DNA from: an uncultured delta proteobacterium
GTDB taxonomy: Bacteria > Desulfobacterota > Desulfobacteria > Desulfobacterales > JAFDCJ01
Assembly (NCBI GenBank): GCA_963769935.1
Contig: CAVYNY010000018.1
Coordinates: 160,001 to 224,000 of the forward strand
Direction of reading: 5' to 3'
Length of the DNA: 64,000 nucleotides
In this document: positions 42,798-53,305 of the stretch, piece after piece
Position numbering within the stretch: position 1 is the first letter of the stretch
Layout of the letters: every line of letters starts with the position of its first letter
Made by a program: the position numbers and the translations under genes
The notes under the pieces: generated by a model
Told to the model about the DNA's origin: nothing
What the model saw: only the letters and a program-made list of their open reading frames with translations
Databases searched by the model: none

Positions 42798-42894
42798 TAA
42801 TTAATCCGCCCTAAAAAATAGTGAATCCAGAGGGGTAAATAGTAATAAAAAAACTGAAGAATTTTATTAGAACGAAGCTCCGGCGGCCTAATTA
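42798..42894 (+). repeat. 97-bp MITE-like element
   Basis: taattaatccgccc ... cggcggcctaatta; aligns without gaps at 66/97 (hand count) to the reverse complement of 58682-58778. Confidence 0.8.
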
Positions 42895-43125
42895 CCTTAT
42901 GCTGCGCATTTTTTATTTTTTTGCTGTTCAGTCCAAAGTGGTATAATTAATTATGAATTTCCAATCTAAAATATGGCATATACATTACACATTTTCCGTT
43001 CTTGCTGCAATCTTTTCACAACATTAAATACACATCATGCTGGGAATCTCAATAATTTTACCTAAAATGATTATCACGGAGGAATGGTAAGTTTAGGACT
43101 TGACTGTTAAAATGACCATGGTATT

Positions 43126-43417
43126 TTGATTTCATCGATTAGTGCATGGGAGCTCGCTCGCACTGTTGTCCCGAAAAAAGAGGTTAGAACTCACCAATGA
43201 GGTTGCCGACTGGATCGCAAAATCAGAAAGCCTGCCATTTATTCAATTTGTACCGGTAACAAATACGATTGCTGTTAAATCGGTTAATTTGCCGTTACCG
43301 CTTCACCCGAATCCGGCCGATCGTATTATCATAGCAACCGCATAATCGGTGGGTGCCTCTTTGGTTACAAGTGATAAAATATTATTGGACTATTCACCTG
43401 ATAAGACAATCTGGTAA
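43126..43417 (+). pseudogene. vapC: VapC/PIN toxin remnant
   Basis: ISSISAWEL / frameshift / ..HPNPADRIIIATA* ..LVTSD..KTIW*; parallels the VapC at 48423. Confidence 0.8.
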
Positions 43418-43433
43418 GGAAAGGATAATTACC

Positions 43434-44993
43434 TTGGACATCTGGATGACGCTCAAAAAGGCAGTGGATTTTTACCCCGCCAAGAAGGCAGTCGTAGACG
43501 GAGATCAATCTTTTACCTATGCTCAAACATATGAGCGGGTGGCAGCCCTGGCGCGCTTTTTTCAGGCCCGGGGGATTGAACCCGCAGACCGCATCTCCAT
43601 TCTCGAAGTCAACTCGCACGCATATCTGGAGACCTATTATGCCGCTGCCGGAATCGGCGCAGTTCTAAACCCCCTGAATTATCGGCTGGCCTCAAGAGAA
43701 ATTGCCTATATTTTGAAAGATTCGGGATCCCGCTGGCTGGTTGCCAACGTTCAATTTGCCGCCCAGGTGCAGGGCCTGTTCGAGGAAGAAACGCCATTGG
43801 AAGGAATTGTCTGGATCGGCGGACCGACAACCATCTCCGCTCGAATTGCCGTCCACGAATATGAAGAGGCGATTGATTCCCACCACGGTCATTTTGAGCC
43901 CGTCCCGGTCCGGGAAGACAGCATCGCCCATCTTTACTACACCAGCGGCACCACCGGCCGCCCCAAGGGTGTGATGCTCACCCACAAAAACGTTTGCCTG
44001 CATGCCCTGGGAACCATTGCCGAACTGAAGCTGATGGACAGTGACATCTGGGGACATATCGCCCCCATGTTTCACCTGGCCGATGCCTGGGCCACGTTTG
44101 CCTTCACCTGGATCGGGGCACGCCACATCATGGTCGGTCAATTTGAGGCCGAAGCCGTAATGGCCACCATTGAAAAGCAGCGCATCACCTTGAGCAACCT
44201 GATCCCCACCATGCTCAATTTGATGATCAAACATCCCCGGGCCGGCCGGTTTGATTTTTCAAGCCTGCGGGTGATTCTCAGCGGCGGCGCCCCCATAGCT
44301 CCGCAAGTCGTCCGCAGTGTTATGGAATCTTTTGGCTGCGACTACATTCAAACCTACGGCATGACCGAAACCAGTCCTTATCTGACTTTCAGTATTTTAA
44401 AACAGCATCTCCTGGACCTGTCCCCGCAGGAGCAGCTCAAATACAAGTCCAAAACCGGTCGGCCCTTCATTGGGGTGGATCTGAAAGTTGTTGATGAAAA
44501 CGGCAATCCCGTTGCACCGGACGATCAGCAGGTCGGCGAAATCTGGGTGCGCGGTGATACCGTCACCCCCGGCTACTGGAATCGGCCGGCCGAAACCGAG
44601 CAGGCCTTTACCGACGGCTGGCTGCGCACCGGTGATCTGGCGGTGGTCGATACCGAAGGCTACGTCAATATCGTGGACCGCAAAAAAGATATGATCGTCA
44701 CCGGTGGTGAGAATGTGTATTCAACCGAAGTCGAAAACGTGCTGTACATGCACCCCAAAGTGCTGGAAGCCGCGGTCTTCGGGATGCCGGATGAGAAGTG
44801 GGGCGAGGCGGTGACGGCGGCGGTAGTGCTCAAGGAAAATGAAACCGCCACCGAGTTGGAAATTATCGAGTTTTGCAAAAAATACCAGGCATCATTCAAG
44901 GCCCCTAAATCCATTATCTTTCTCGCTGAACTGCCTAAAACCGGATCGGGCAAGATTACCAAGAAGGTCCTGCGGGACACCCATGACCGGTGA
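43434..44993 (+). CDS. Long-chain fatty acid/acyl-CoA ligase
   Basis: YTSGTTGRPKG, YGMTE, GWLRTGD and PKTGSGK; TTG start after aggaaagg. Confidence 0.92.
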   Translation: MDIWMTLKKAVDFYPAKKAVVDGDQSFTYAQTYERVAALARFFQARGIEPADRISILEVNSHAYLETYYAAAGIGAVLNPLNYRLASREIAYILKDSGSRWLVANVQFAAQVQGLFEEETPLEGIVWIGGPTTISARIAVHEYEEAIDSHHGHFEPVPVREDSIAHLYYTSGTTGRPKGVMLTHKNVCLHALGTIAELKLMDSDIWGHIAPMFHLADAWATFAFTWIGARHIMVGQFEAEAVMATIEKQRITLSNLIPTMLNLMIKHPRAGRFDFSSLRVILSGGAPIAPQVVRSVMESFGCDYIQTYGMTETSPYLTFSILKQHLLDLSPQEQLKYKSKTGRPFIGVDLKVVDENGNPVAPDDQQVGEIWVRGDTVTPGYWNRPAETEQAFTDGWLRTGDLAVVDTEGYVNIVDRKKDMIVTGGENVYSTEVENVLYMHPKVLEAAVFGMPDEKWGEAVTAAVVLKENETATELEIIEFCKKYQASFKAPKSIIFLAELPKTGSGKITKKVLRDTHDR

Positions 44994-45017
44994 AAATTTT
45001 GCGGCCATAGAGGAATT

Positions 45018-45102
45018 GGAGTGATGGCGTGATGGCGTGTTGAAAAAAAGACATTCATCCGTTAACCCATTACTCCACCACTCCGGTACGCCAATACTCC
45101 GA
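45018..45102. repeat. Octamer-arm hairpin repeat, copy 2
   Basis: ggagtgatggcgtgatggcgtgttgaaaaaaaga..cccattactccaccactcc..ccaatactcc. Confidence 0.7.
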
Positions 45103-45246
45103 TTTTGTATTAATTGAGTATTTCAACAAAAATTTTATTTATTTTTGAACGATCCATAAATTAAATAAAAAATTATTGACAATACCACCAACAGCATTTT
45201 ATCAACATTTAAGACTGGATTTGATATTTTCGAGGAGGTCTTCACA

Positions 45247-46392
45247 ATGGATCAAAAAAAATGGGAAATCCATAATCCGGCCGGCGTCCGGCGCGTCATC
45301 GTCACCAAAAAGCTGCCGGGAACGTTATGGCTGCAGCGTCTCACTCAGGCCGGCTGTAAAGTAGAAGTATGCACCTCCACGGATGTTCTCAGCGTTGATG
45401 AAATCAAAACTGCCATGGGAGCGCAGTGTGACGGTGTTTTGGGGCAGCTGACGGAGGACTGGGGTGATGCGCTTTTTGCCGCCCTCAAGGCCGCCGGCGG
45501 CTGCGCCTACAGCAATGTTGCCGTGGGTTATAACAATGTCGATGTGGCTGCCGCCACCAAACACGGCATTCCGGTCGGAAACACCCCGGGAGTTCTAACG
45601 GAAACCACGGCCCAAATGGCGGTTACCCTCACCTTTGCCGCTGCCCGGCGTACTGGTGAAGCCGAGCGGTTTCTGCGGGCGGGCAAATATAAGGGCTGGT
45701 TGATGACGCTTTTCCTGGGAGAGCTTTTGTGGCGCAAAACCGCGGGGCTGATCGGTGCCGGCCGCATCGGCGCCACCTACGCCCGCATGATGGTCGAAGG
45801 CCACAAGATGAATCTGATCTATTACGACATTTACCCGAATAAAGACCTTGAAAATTATATTGCCGCCTACGCCGAATTTCTCGAATCCCGGGGTGAGGAA
45901 CCGGTAGCCTGCAGGCGTGCCGATACCGTCGAGGAAGTATTGCAGCAAGCCGACTGTGTCAGCGTGCACACCGTGCTGGATGAATCCACCCACCATTTGA
46001 TCAACGCCGAGCGCCTGGCTCTGATGAAAGAAAACGCCGTTTTGATAAATACCAGCCGGGGTCCCGTGGTGGATGAAGCGGCGCTGGTTGCCCACTGCCA
46101 AAAGCACCCGGATTTCCGGGCCGGTCTGGATGTATTCGAAGACGAGCCGGAAATGAAAGCGGGACTGGTCGAGCTGGAAAATGTGGTGATAGTCCCGCAC
46201 ATTGCTTCGGCGACCCGCTGGACCCGCGAAGGCATGGCCACTTTGGCCGCCAGCAATGTGGCAGGTATCCTATCGGGCTACCCGGCCTGGAACAAACCGG
46301 ATATCCTGTCTTTTCTGGAAGGCGAAGCACCCAAAGCGGCACCCAGCATCGTCAATGCCAAGGAATTGGGGATAGCGCTTTTTAGGGGTTGA
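45247..46392 (+). CDS. D-glycerate dehydrogenase / hydroxypyruvate reductase, plant HPR1-like
   Basis: GYNNVD, NTPGVLTETTA, GAGRIG, NTSRG, DVFEDEP and PHIAS. Confidence 0.9.
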   Translation: MDQKKWEIHNPAGVRRVIVTKKLPGTLWLQRLTQAGCKVEVCTSTDVLSVDEIKTAMGAQCDGVLGQLTEDWGDALFAALKAAGGCAYSNVAVGYNNVDVAAATKHGIPVGNTPGVLTETTAQMAVTLTFAAARRTGEAERFLRAGKYKGWLMTLFLGELLWRKTAGLIGAGRIGATYARMMVEGHKMNLIYYDIYPNKDLENYIAAYAEFLESRGEEPVACRRADTVEEVLQQADCVSVHTVLDESTHHLINAERLALMKENAVLINTSRGPVVDEAALVAHCQKHPDFRAGLDVFEDEPEMKAGLVELENVVIVPHIASATRWTREGMATLAASNVAGILSGYPAWNKPDILSFLEGEAPKAAPSIVNAKELGIALFRG

Positions 46393-46552
46393 GATCGTTA
46401 AGATCGTTTGGACGTTTGGATCGTATGTGTAAAGTTAGTTAAATCGTTTAATAGCAAAAATAATAGCTTACAACGCCTCCTGAAGGCTGAATTGTAAATT
46501 TAATAATCAACTATTAAACAAATTCAACTAATTTTTTTCGGAGAAAAAAATT

Positions 46553-47746
46553 ATGAAAATCGCAGAACGCGTCGCTCGTTTAGGAACGGAAACAGCCTTT
46601 GCCGTCTCGGCCGAAGCCGCCGCCTTTGCGGCGCGGGGCAACAAAGTCTATCCTTTTCACCTGGGGGACCTGAACCTGAAAACTCCGGCCAATGTCCTGG
46701 CGGCCGGCATCAGGGCCATGCAGGCCGGCCGGACCAACTATTGTCCCAATGCCGGTGTTCCCCACCTGCGAGAGCTGCTGGCGGATGAGGTCAGCGCTAC
46801 ACGCAAGGTGCAGTACTCGATGGAGAACGTCGCTATCCAGCCGGGGGGAAAGCCGACCATCGGCAAATTTTTCCTGACAATGATGAATCCGGGCGATGAG
46901 GTGCTGTACCCAAACCCAGGTTACCCGATCTACGAATCTCAAATCGAATTCCACGGCGGCAAGGCCGTACCTTACACCTACATTGAAGGTAAAAACAATT
47001 TTGACATCGACACGGATATGCTCGAAAGGCAGATCACCCCGCGCACAAGGCTGATGGTGCTCAATGACCTGCAGAATCCCACCGGCGCCGAATGCTCACA
47101 GGCCGAACTTGAAAAGATTGCCGAACTGGTGCTCAAATACGATCTCTATGTCCTGTGCGACGAAGCCTATTTCGACATTCGTTACGAGGGCCGGAGCAAA
47201 TCGCTGGCCTCTTTGCCGGGTATGGCCGAACGGTGCGTTATTTTGTACACCTTCTCCAAGAAATTTGTCATGACCGGCTGGCGACTGGGTGCCGCCATCG
47301 GGCCCAAGGAGATCATCGATGTCATCATCAAGCTCAATGTGAACGAGGAATCCTGCTCCAACCATTTTGTCCAATGGGCCGCCATTGAGGGCTTGACCGG
47401 CGATCAGACCGAAACCAGGCAGGTTCTCAAGACGCTCAAAGAGCGGCGCGATTTAACGGTAGATCTGTTAAATGACATCGAGGGGATAACCTGCATTCGT
47501 CCCAATGCCACGTTCTACCTGTGGCCGAATGTGACCGGGGCCATGAAAAAGACGGGCCTGACCAACTACGATGACTTTCGCCGCACCGTGCTGCATGAAA
47601 CCGGTGTGTCCTTTTGCACCCGCCTGCATTTCGGCCGGCCGCTGAAGGGCGAAGACAATTATTACATCCGAATGGCCTATTCGGGTATCAACCCGCCGGA
47701 AATTAAGGAAGGTCTGGCCAAGTTCAAAGCGTTTATTGAAGGCTAA
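46553..47746 (+). CDS. Class I/II PLP-dependent aminotransferase
   Basis: NPGYPIY, QNPTG, DEAY and FSKKFVMTGWRLG. Confidence 0.92.
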   Translation: MKIAERVARLGTETAFAVSAEAAAFAARGNKVYPFHLGDLNLKTPANVLAAGIRAMQAGRTNYCPNAGVPHLRELLADEVSATRKVQYSMENVAIQPGGKPTIGKFFLTMMNPGDEVLYPNPGYPIYESQIEFHGGKAVPYTYIEGKNNFDIDTDMLERQITPRTRLMVLNDLQNPTGAECSQAELEKIAELVLKYDLYVLCDEAYFDIRYEGRSKSLASLPGMAERCVILYTFSKKFVMTGWRLGAAIGPKEIIDVIIKLNVNEESCSNHFVQWAAIEGLTGDQTETRQVLKTLKERRDLTVDLLNDIEGITCIRPNATFYLWPNVTGAMKKTGLTNYDDFRRTVLHETGVSFCTRLHFGRPLKGEDNYYIRMAYSGINPPEIKEGLAKFKAFIEG

Positions 47747-47825
47747 AGCAAAGGATTCAGGTGTTCCGCCGCGGCGGCCCGCCGGCCAAACCAACGGCCG
47801 GTCTGATCAAAAAAGAAACTTTAAA

Positions 47826-48096
47826 AAATGCGAATAACGAATGTCGAAGGAAGGTATTCTGTCTATTTTATATAAAAGACTGAGCGCAGCGAAACCACCC
47901 TTCGAAATTCTGCTGATCGATATTCGTTATTCTGCAGTTCGCTGTTTGAGATCTATCCGGCCTGTTTCCCGGTTTCATCTCACCCTCAAAGCAGGGCCGG
48001 CCTCTGCGCCTGCCGGATTCAGGCATCGTACATCTCAGATGATAGTTGGCACTGCCTGCGACGAGCTCAGCCGAGTAGGGGCCGCCCCTTCCGCTT
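47826..48096. repeat. Cluster of REP-like/hairpin repeats
   Basis: cgaataacgaatgtcgaagg pairs with ccttcgaaatt..cgatattcgttattc; GC-rich gcagggccggcctctgcgcctgcc and gtaggggccgcccct elements. Confidence 0.5.
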
Positions 48097-48130
48097 AATC
48101 TTCTTCCGATCTCCTATTCTTTCATAAAGC

Positions 48131-48171
48131 TTGACAGATAGCCTTATCCTGCTTAATATGACTATAGTCAT
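48131..48171 (+). promoter_or_regulatory. Sigma70 promoter and palindromic operator of phd-vapC
   Basis: TTGACA-17 nt-TAATAT; perfect palindrome ATGACTATAGTCAT at 48158-48171. Confidence 0.75.
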
Positions 48172-48201
48172 TTGACCATAATAATCTTGTCGGAGAAAAC
48201 T

Positions 48202-48426
48202 ATGGAATCCCTATCAGTTTCAGAATTCAAGGCCAAGTGTCTTTCAGTTTTGCAAGATGTCAGCAAACAGAAGAAACGGATCATTATAACAAAGCGAGGA
48301 AAGCCAATTGCTGAGGTCATTCCTCATGAATCTGGAGAAAAAGACTTGCCTTTAGAAGATACTGTTGTATTTATTGGAGATATTATTTCACCGGTTGCCG
48401 AAGAAGATTGGGAGGTCTTGAAGTGA
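48202..48426 (+). CDS. Phd/YefM antitoxin
   Basis: SVSEFKAK..IIITKRGKPIAEV. Confidence 0.9.
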   Translation: MESLSVSEFKAKCLSVLQDVSKQKKRIIITKRGKPIAEVIPHESGEKDLPLEDTVVFIGDIISPVAEEDWEVLK

Positions 48427-48815
48427 CGGCCATACTTTTAGATACCCATGTTTGGATATGGCTTTCATTAAAGAAAAAAGAATCACTGTCCGGGAGGGCA
48501 AAAAAAACTATAAACTCAGCAAATCAAAAATGGATTTCGGCCATATCCTGCTGGGAACTCGCTAAGCTGGTTGAAAAAAATCGAATCGGCTTTTCGATAC
48601 CGACCCTGATCTGGATCAGACGCTCCCTTAATCAATTCAATATTAAAGTCGCCGATCTTTCTCCGGAGATCGCTGTCGAAAGCACCGTTCTGAGACATTT
48701 TCACAAAGATCCTGCAGATCAAATCATCTCAGCCACATCCAGAATTCTGGGAATGCCGTTGGTGACATCGGATAAACAGATTTTGGATTTTCCCGAAGTT
48801 GATACAATTTGGTAG
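48423..48815 (+). CDS. vapC: VapC PIN-domain toxin
   Basis: LLDTHVWIW, ISCWE, HKDPADQ and LVTSD; GTGA overlap with the antitoxin. Confidence 0.92.
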   Translation: MTAILLDTHVWIWLSLKKKESLSGRAKKTINSANQKWISAISCWELAKLVEKNRIGFSIPTLIWIRRSLNQFNIKVADLSPEIAVESTVLRHFHKDPADQIISATSRILGMPLVTSDKQILDFPEVDTIW

Positions 48816-48821
48816 AAACTT

Positions 48822-50264
48822 CTACAGATTGCTGATATGAACCGGCGGCTTTCGATCCGCCCAAGGTAGGGCTTTCTCAAAAGCGCTGGCAAGCCGAATC
48901 AGCAAATCCTCTTTACCGAACCCGGCCGCAAACTGGATGCCGATGGGCAGACCGGTTGAACTTTGACACAGGGGCAGGGAAATGGCCGGAAATCCGGTGG
49001 CATTGAACAAATTGGTAAAGGCGTTAAATTGCGAAGTGCCCTGGTACCATTTTTCTAGAGGACCATCCTGATTCTGGTCGATGGTGCCGATAGGAACCGG
49101 GAGTTGAGCGATCGTCGGCGTCAGCAGCAAATCGTATTTTGCGAAAAAAGCCCCAACCTTGCGGCGGGCCATGTTCAAGGCGGTACGGGCACGGATCACA
49201 TCGGCGGCCGAAAACTGCCGTGCATCGTCATATACCTTGAGGGTCACAGGCTCCAGATGATGCCCGTCGACGGGGCGTCTCATCTTTTGGGCAAGCTGAT
49301 CGCATGAATAGCGCATCGAAACCCCCCAGAAAACCCTGAGCGCGCCAAAATAGGGTGCTAAATCAAACTGGGGTGTTGCCGCCTCCACATTATGGCCCAT
49401 GTCTTCGCAAATCTGGGCAATCTGTTTAACGCCGGCGGCTATATCCGGGTTCACCTCAACGCCGGTCCAACTTTCGGCTGCAAACGCTATGCGCAAGGTT
49501 CCGGTAGGAGCGCCGACTTCTTTAAGATACGGCTGCCGGGGCCGCATGATCACATAAGGGTCACCCGGTGCCGGTTTGCAGACGGCATCCAGCATGGCCG
49601 CAGTATCTCTAACGGTGCGGCTGACAACAAATTCCTGAGCCAGGCCGAAAAGTCTTTCATCAGCGTCGGGTCCACAGGTCACCCGGCCGCGGGAGGGCTT
49701 TAATCCGACAACACCGCAGCAGGCAGCCGGGATACGGATGGAACCGCCGCCGTCGCTGGCATGGGCTGCCGGCAGGATTCCGGCCGCCACCGCCGCCGCC
49801 GAGCCGCCGCTGGAGCCGCCGGCAATAAGTTTAAGGTCCCAGGGATTGCGGGTTGCTCCTGTCAGAACCGATTCGGTGGTTGCGGCGAAGCCGAGTTCAG
49901 GGGTGGCAGCCCGGCCCAGAATGATGGTTCCGGCTTCCTTGAAACGGATTGTCAGATAGGAATCTGTTGCAGCAACATAGCCTTTGGCCAGTCGACTCCC
50001 CATCTCCTGTCGTTTACCGGCTTCGGTTGCGCCCAAATCTTTTAAAAAGATGGGGACGCCCGAAAAAAGACTATCGGGCGCCGGCAGTTTACCCGCTTTC
50101 TCAACACGGTCTTCGTAGGTTTCAATGATTGCATTAATCTTCGGATTGATTTTGTGAACCCCCGCCAGCGCCGATTCAGCCACTTCTTGAGCGGTCACTT
50201 CTCTTTTACGGATCAATTCTGCCAGGCCCAACCCGTCATAGCCGGCATATTCGGTGAGATTCAT
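48822..50264 (-). CDS. Amidase signature family hydrolase
   Basis: FLKDL, GGSSGGS and SDGGGSIRIPA (Lys-Ser-Ser triad). Confidence 0.93.
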   Translation of the reverse strand: MNLTEYAGYDGLGLAELIRKREVTAQEVAESALAGVHKINPKINAIIETYEDRVEKAGKLPAPDSLFSGVPIFLKDLGATEAGKRQEMGSRLAKGYVAATDSYLTIRFKEAGTIILGRAATPELGFAATTESVLTGATRNPWDLKLIAGGSSGGSAAAVAAGILPAAHASDGGGSIRIPAACCGVVGLKPSRGRVTCGPDADERLFGLAQEFVVSRTVRDTAAMLDAVCKPAPGDPYVIMRPRQPYLKEVGAPTGTLRIAFAAESWTGVEVNPDIAAGVKQIAQICEDMGHNVEAATPQFDLAPYFGALRVFWGVSMRYSCDQLAQKMRRPVDGHHLEPVTLKVYDDARQFSAADVIRARTALNMARRKVGAFFAKYDLLLTPTIAQLPVPIGTIDQNQDGPLEKWYQGTSQFNAFTNLFNATGFPAISLPLCQSSTGLPIGIQFAAGFGKEDLLIRLASAFEKALPWADRKPPVHISNL

Positions 50265-50424
50265 GGCGGCAAACTCCTTTTCCGAAATGGTTTCCAAGCT
50301 CAGGGTTGAAAGTTTCCGGTTATCTTTAAATCATTCATCTTCAAAAAGGATCGCATGAGTGCCGGAAAAATCCCCTGTTTGAACTTGCTGTCAGTCGACA
50401 GACGGTTTATTCGGCAAAATGAAT

Positions 50425-51462
50425 TCAGCCCCTTTCACAACCGGAGGCAGCATCTGCTGCTTTCACCTTGAAGCAGGCCACCGCGTGGCCCGGCCGCTTC
50501 TCGAGCAGTTCCGGTCTTGCCCGACGACATTCATCGCCGACCAGGGGGCAGCGCGGATGAAAGGCGCAGCCGGTGGGGGCATTGAGCGGGCTGGGCACAT
50601 CGCCGGTCAGCAGTTGAACCTTGCGTTGCCGCTCCAGGATTGGGTCGGGGATGGGCACGGCGGAAAGCAGGGCCTGGGTGTAGGGATGAAGGGGCAGTCT
50701 GTAAAGCTCTTCTTTGGGCGAAATTTCTACAATCCGGCCCAGGTACATAACCGCAATGGGGTCGCACAGGTGCTCGACCACCGCCAGGTCATGGGCGATG
50801 AAGATCAGGGAAAGGTCATACTCCTGTTTGAGTCGCTTGAGCAAATTGATTACCTGGGCCTGAATGGACACATCCAGGGCCGAGACCGGTTCGTCGCACA
50901 CGATCAATTCCGGACGGCAGATTAAGCTTCGGGCCAGGGAGATGCGTTGGCGCTGGCCTCCGGAGAACTCGTGCGGAAAACGCGTCAGATGATCGGTCGT
51001 AAGCCCAACCCGATGCAACGTTTGCGCCACCATTTCCCGTTTCTCACGCCGGCTCAGACGCCCCATAAAATTATCGATGGGTTCCTTTAAGATGCGGTAG
51101 ATGGACATGCGCGGATCTAGCGAGCTGTAAGGATCCTGAAAGACGAACTGCATTCGCTGCCGCAGCGCCTTCATGTCGGTTAGGTGAGTTACGTCGGTTC
51201 CATCAAAGACAATCCGACCGGCCGTGGGTTCGATAAGGCGCAGCAAAGTCCGGCCGGTGGTTGTTTTGCCGCAGCCTGATTCACCGACCAATCCCAGAAT
51301 CTGCCCCCGGCCAAGTTCAAAGGAAACCCCGTCCACGGCCTTGACAACCGGTCCTTTGGAAGACAGAGAGCGTCGACCCAACGGAAAATATTTTTTGAGC
51401 CCTGCCACTGTGAGCAACGGTTGGGATGTCGTGTGGTTGTCAGGGGCATCCATATTTACCAT
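50425..51462 (-). CDS. Peptide ABC transporter ATP-binding subunit (OppF/DppF)
   Basis: [29 protein letters not shown] and CAFHPRC. Confidence 0.93.
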   Translation of the reverse strand: MVNMDAPDNHTTSQPLLTVAGLKKYFPLGRRSLSSKGPVVKAVDGVSFELGRGQILGLVGESGCGKTTTGRTLLRLIEPTAGRIVFDGTDVTHLTDMKALRQRMQFVFQDPYSSLDPRMSIYRILKEPIDNFMGRLSRREKREMVAQTLHRVGLTTDHLTRFPHEFSGGQRQRISLARSLICRPELIVCDEPVSALDVSIQAQVINLLKRLKQEYDLSLIFIAHDLAVVEHLCDPIAVMYLGRIVEISPKEELYRLPLHPYTQALLSAVPIPDPILERQRKVQLLTGDVPSPLNAPTGCAFHPRCPLVGDECRRARPELLEKRPGHAVACFKVKAADAASGCERG

Positions 51463-52475
51463 GGGGTATTCTCCAACCAGCAGCGCGAACGGTGGCCCGG
51501 ACTGATTTCTTTGAGCTCCGGCTCCAGCTGGCGACATTGCTCCATCACATGCTCACACCGCGTTGAAAATGCGCATCCTGCGGGCAGATCGTCCAGCCGG
51601 GGCACGATGCCTTTTATTTCTACAAGATCCTCGGTCGGACGATCCAGCCGGGGCACCGAACGCAAAAGTCCGTGGGTGTATGGGTGATGGTGGCGAATGA
51701 AGATATCGTCCACCGGTCCCTGCTCCACCACCCGGCCGGCATACATGATCACCAGCCGATCGGCCATGGAGGCCACCACGCCCAGATTATGGGTGATCAG
51801 AATAACCGACATACCGATGTCGGCCTGGAGCTGGCCGATAAGATTGAGGATCTGGGCCTGAATGGTCACATCCAGGGCCGTTGTCGGCTCGTCGGCGATA
51901 AGTATCTGCGGCCGGCAGGCCAGTGCAATGGCGATCATAGCCCGCTGGCGCATACCGCCCGAAAGCTGATGGGGATAGTTCCGGGCTCGTCTACCCGGAT
52001 CCGGGATTTCAACCCTTTTCAATTCCGCCACCGCCCGCTCAAAGGATTCCCTGCGACCCAGCCCTCGGTGAAAACGGAAGACTTCGGCAATCTGGTCGCC
52101 GACCGTGAAAGCCGGGTTGAGGCTGGTCATAGGCTCCTGAAATATCATGGAAATTTTTTCACCCCGGATACCCTCCATTTCTTTTTCGGAGAGATTAAAC
52201 AAATCGCGTCCCTCCAACAGGGCTCGACCGGAGTCGATGCTGCCCGGCGGTGTCGGGATAATGCGCATGATCGCCTTGGCGGTTACTGATTTGCCGCAGC
52301 CGCTTTCGCCTACCACACCCAAAACTTCACCCCTCTTGAGAACCAGGTCCACTCCGGCCACGGCCGGGATCACGCCCTCCAGAAGGTGAAAGGAAACCGC
52401 AAGATCGCTCACTTCCAGGATCGGGGCGTTGGTTGCATCGGGAATCATTTCAGTGGGGTCCGACATAGCCATCAT
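51456..52475 (-). CDS. Peptide ABC transporter ATP-binding subunit (OppD/DppD)
   Basis: [16 protein letters not shown] and DEPTTALD. Confidence 0.93.
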   Translation of the reverse strand: MMAMSDPTEMIPDATNAPILEVSDLAVSFHLLEGVIPAVAGVDLVLKRGEVLGVVGESGCGKSVTAKAIMRIIPTPPGSIDSGRALLEGRDLFNLSEKEMEGIRGEKISMIFQEPMTSLNPAFTVGDQIAEVFRFHRGLGRRESFERAVAELKRVEIPDPGRRARNYPHQLSGGMRQRAMIAIALACRPQILIADEPTTALDVTIQAQILNLIGQLQADIGMSVILITHNLGVVASMADRLVIMYAGRVVEQGPVDDIFIRHHHPYTHGLLRSVPRLDRPTEDLVEIKGIVPRLDDLPAGCAFSTRCEHVMEQCRQLEPELKEISPGHRSRCWLENTPW

Positions 52476-53296
52476 TGTTTCAGTTTGGGATCCAGCACGT
52501 CCCGCAGTCCATCGCCCAGAGTGTTGAAGCCCAGAACGCTCAAGGTGATGGCCAGACCTGGAAAAATGGTCAGCCACGGGGCCTGGGATATAAAGTTGCG
52601 CCCATCGGACAGGATGTTGCCCCAGCTGGGAGCCGGCGGCGGCACACCCAGGCCGAGAAAACTCAGCGCCGCCTCGATGAGGATGGCGTTGGCCACGCCG
52701 ATGGTGGTGACCACCATGAGGGGGGCCATGGTATTGGGCAGAATGTGCAGAAAAATGATTTTCAGATGGCCGGATCCGGCGTTGCGGGCCGCCTCGATGT
52801 ACTCCTTCTGCCGGATGGACAGGACCGCGCCCCGGACCACGCGGCCATATGTCGGAATACCGACCAACGCCAGGGCGATGATAATGTTCTTCACCCCCGG
52901 GCCCATGACGGCCATCAAACCGATGGCCAGCAGCACACTGGGAAATGAGATCAAGGCGTCCATGATGAGTACGATGGCATAATCGATCCGGCCGCCGAAA
53001 TAGCCTCCGACCGCGCCGAGAACGATGCCAATGCTAGCGGCGAATACGACCGACAAAACGCCCACGTAGAGCGACACTCTTCCCCCGTACAAAACCCGCG
53101 ACAAGATGTCTCGGCCGAAGTGATCCGTGCCGAAGACGTGTTCGTCGGAAGGGGCCTTGATCCGGTTGGAGAGTGACAGCTTCAACGGGTCGAAGGGCGC
53201 CACAATGCTTGCGGCCACGCTGGTCATCACAACCAAAAAAACGACCACCAGACCGAGCAGCGCCAGCTTGTTCCTTAGAAATCTTTTGATCAGCAT
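52472..53296 (-). CDS. Peptide ABC transporter permease (OppC/DppC)
   Basis: [21 protein letters not shown] and [10 protein letters not shown]. Confidence 0.93.
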   Translation of the reverse strand: MLIKRFLRNKLALLGLVVVFLVVMTSVAASIVAPFDPLKLSLSNRIKAPSDEHVFGTDHFGRDILSRVLYGGRVSLYVGVLSVVFAASIGIVLGAVGGYFGGRIDYAIVLIMDALISFPSVLLAIGLMAVMGPGVKNIIIALALVGIPTYGRVVRGAVLSIRQKEYIEAARNAGSGHLKIIFLHILPNTMAPLMVVTTIGVANAILIEAALSFLGLGVPPPAPSWGNILSDGRNFISQAPWLTIFPGLAITLSVLGFNTLGDGLRDVLDPKLKQ

Positions 53297-53305
53297 GTGG
53301 GCCCT

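Noticed and set aside
42798..42894. Integron attC site
   Set aside because: No RYYYAAC/GTTRRRY core, no cassette array and no integrase.
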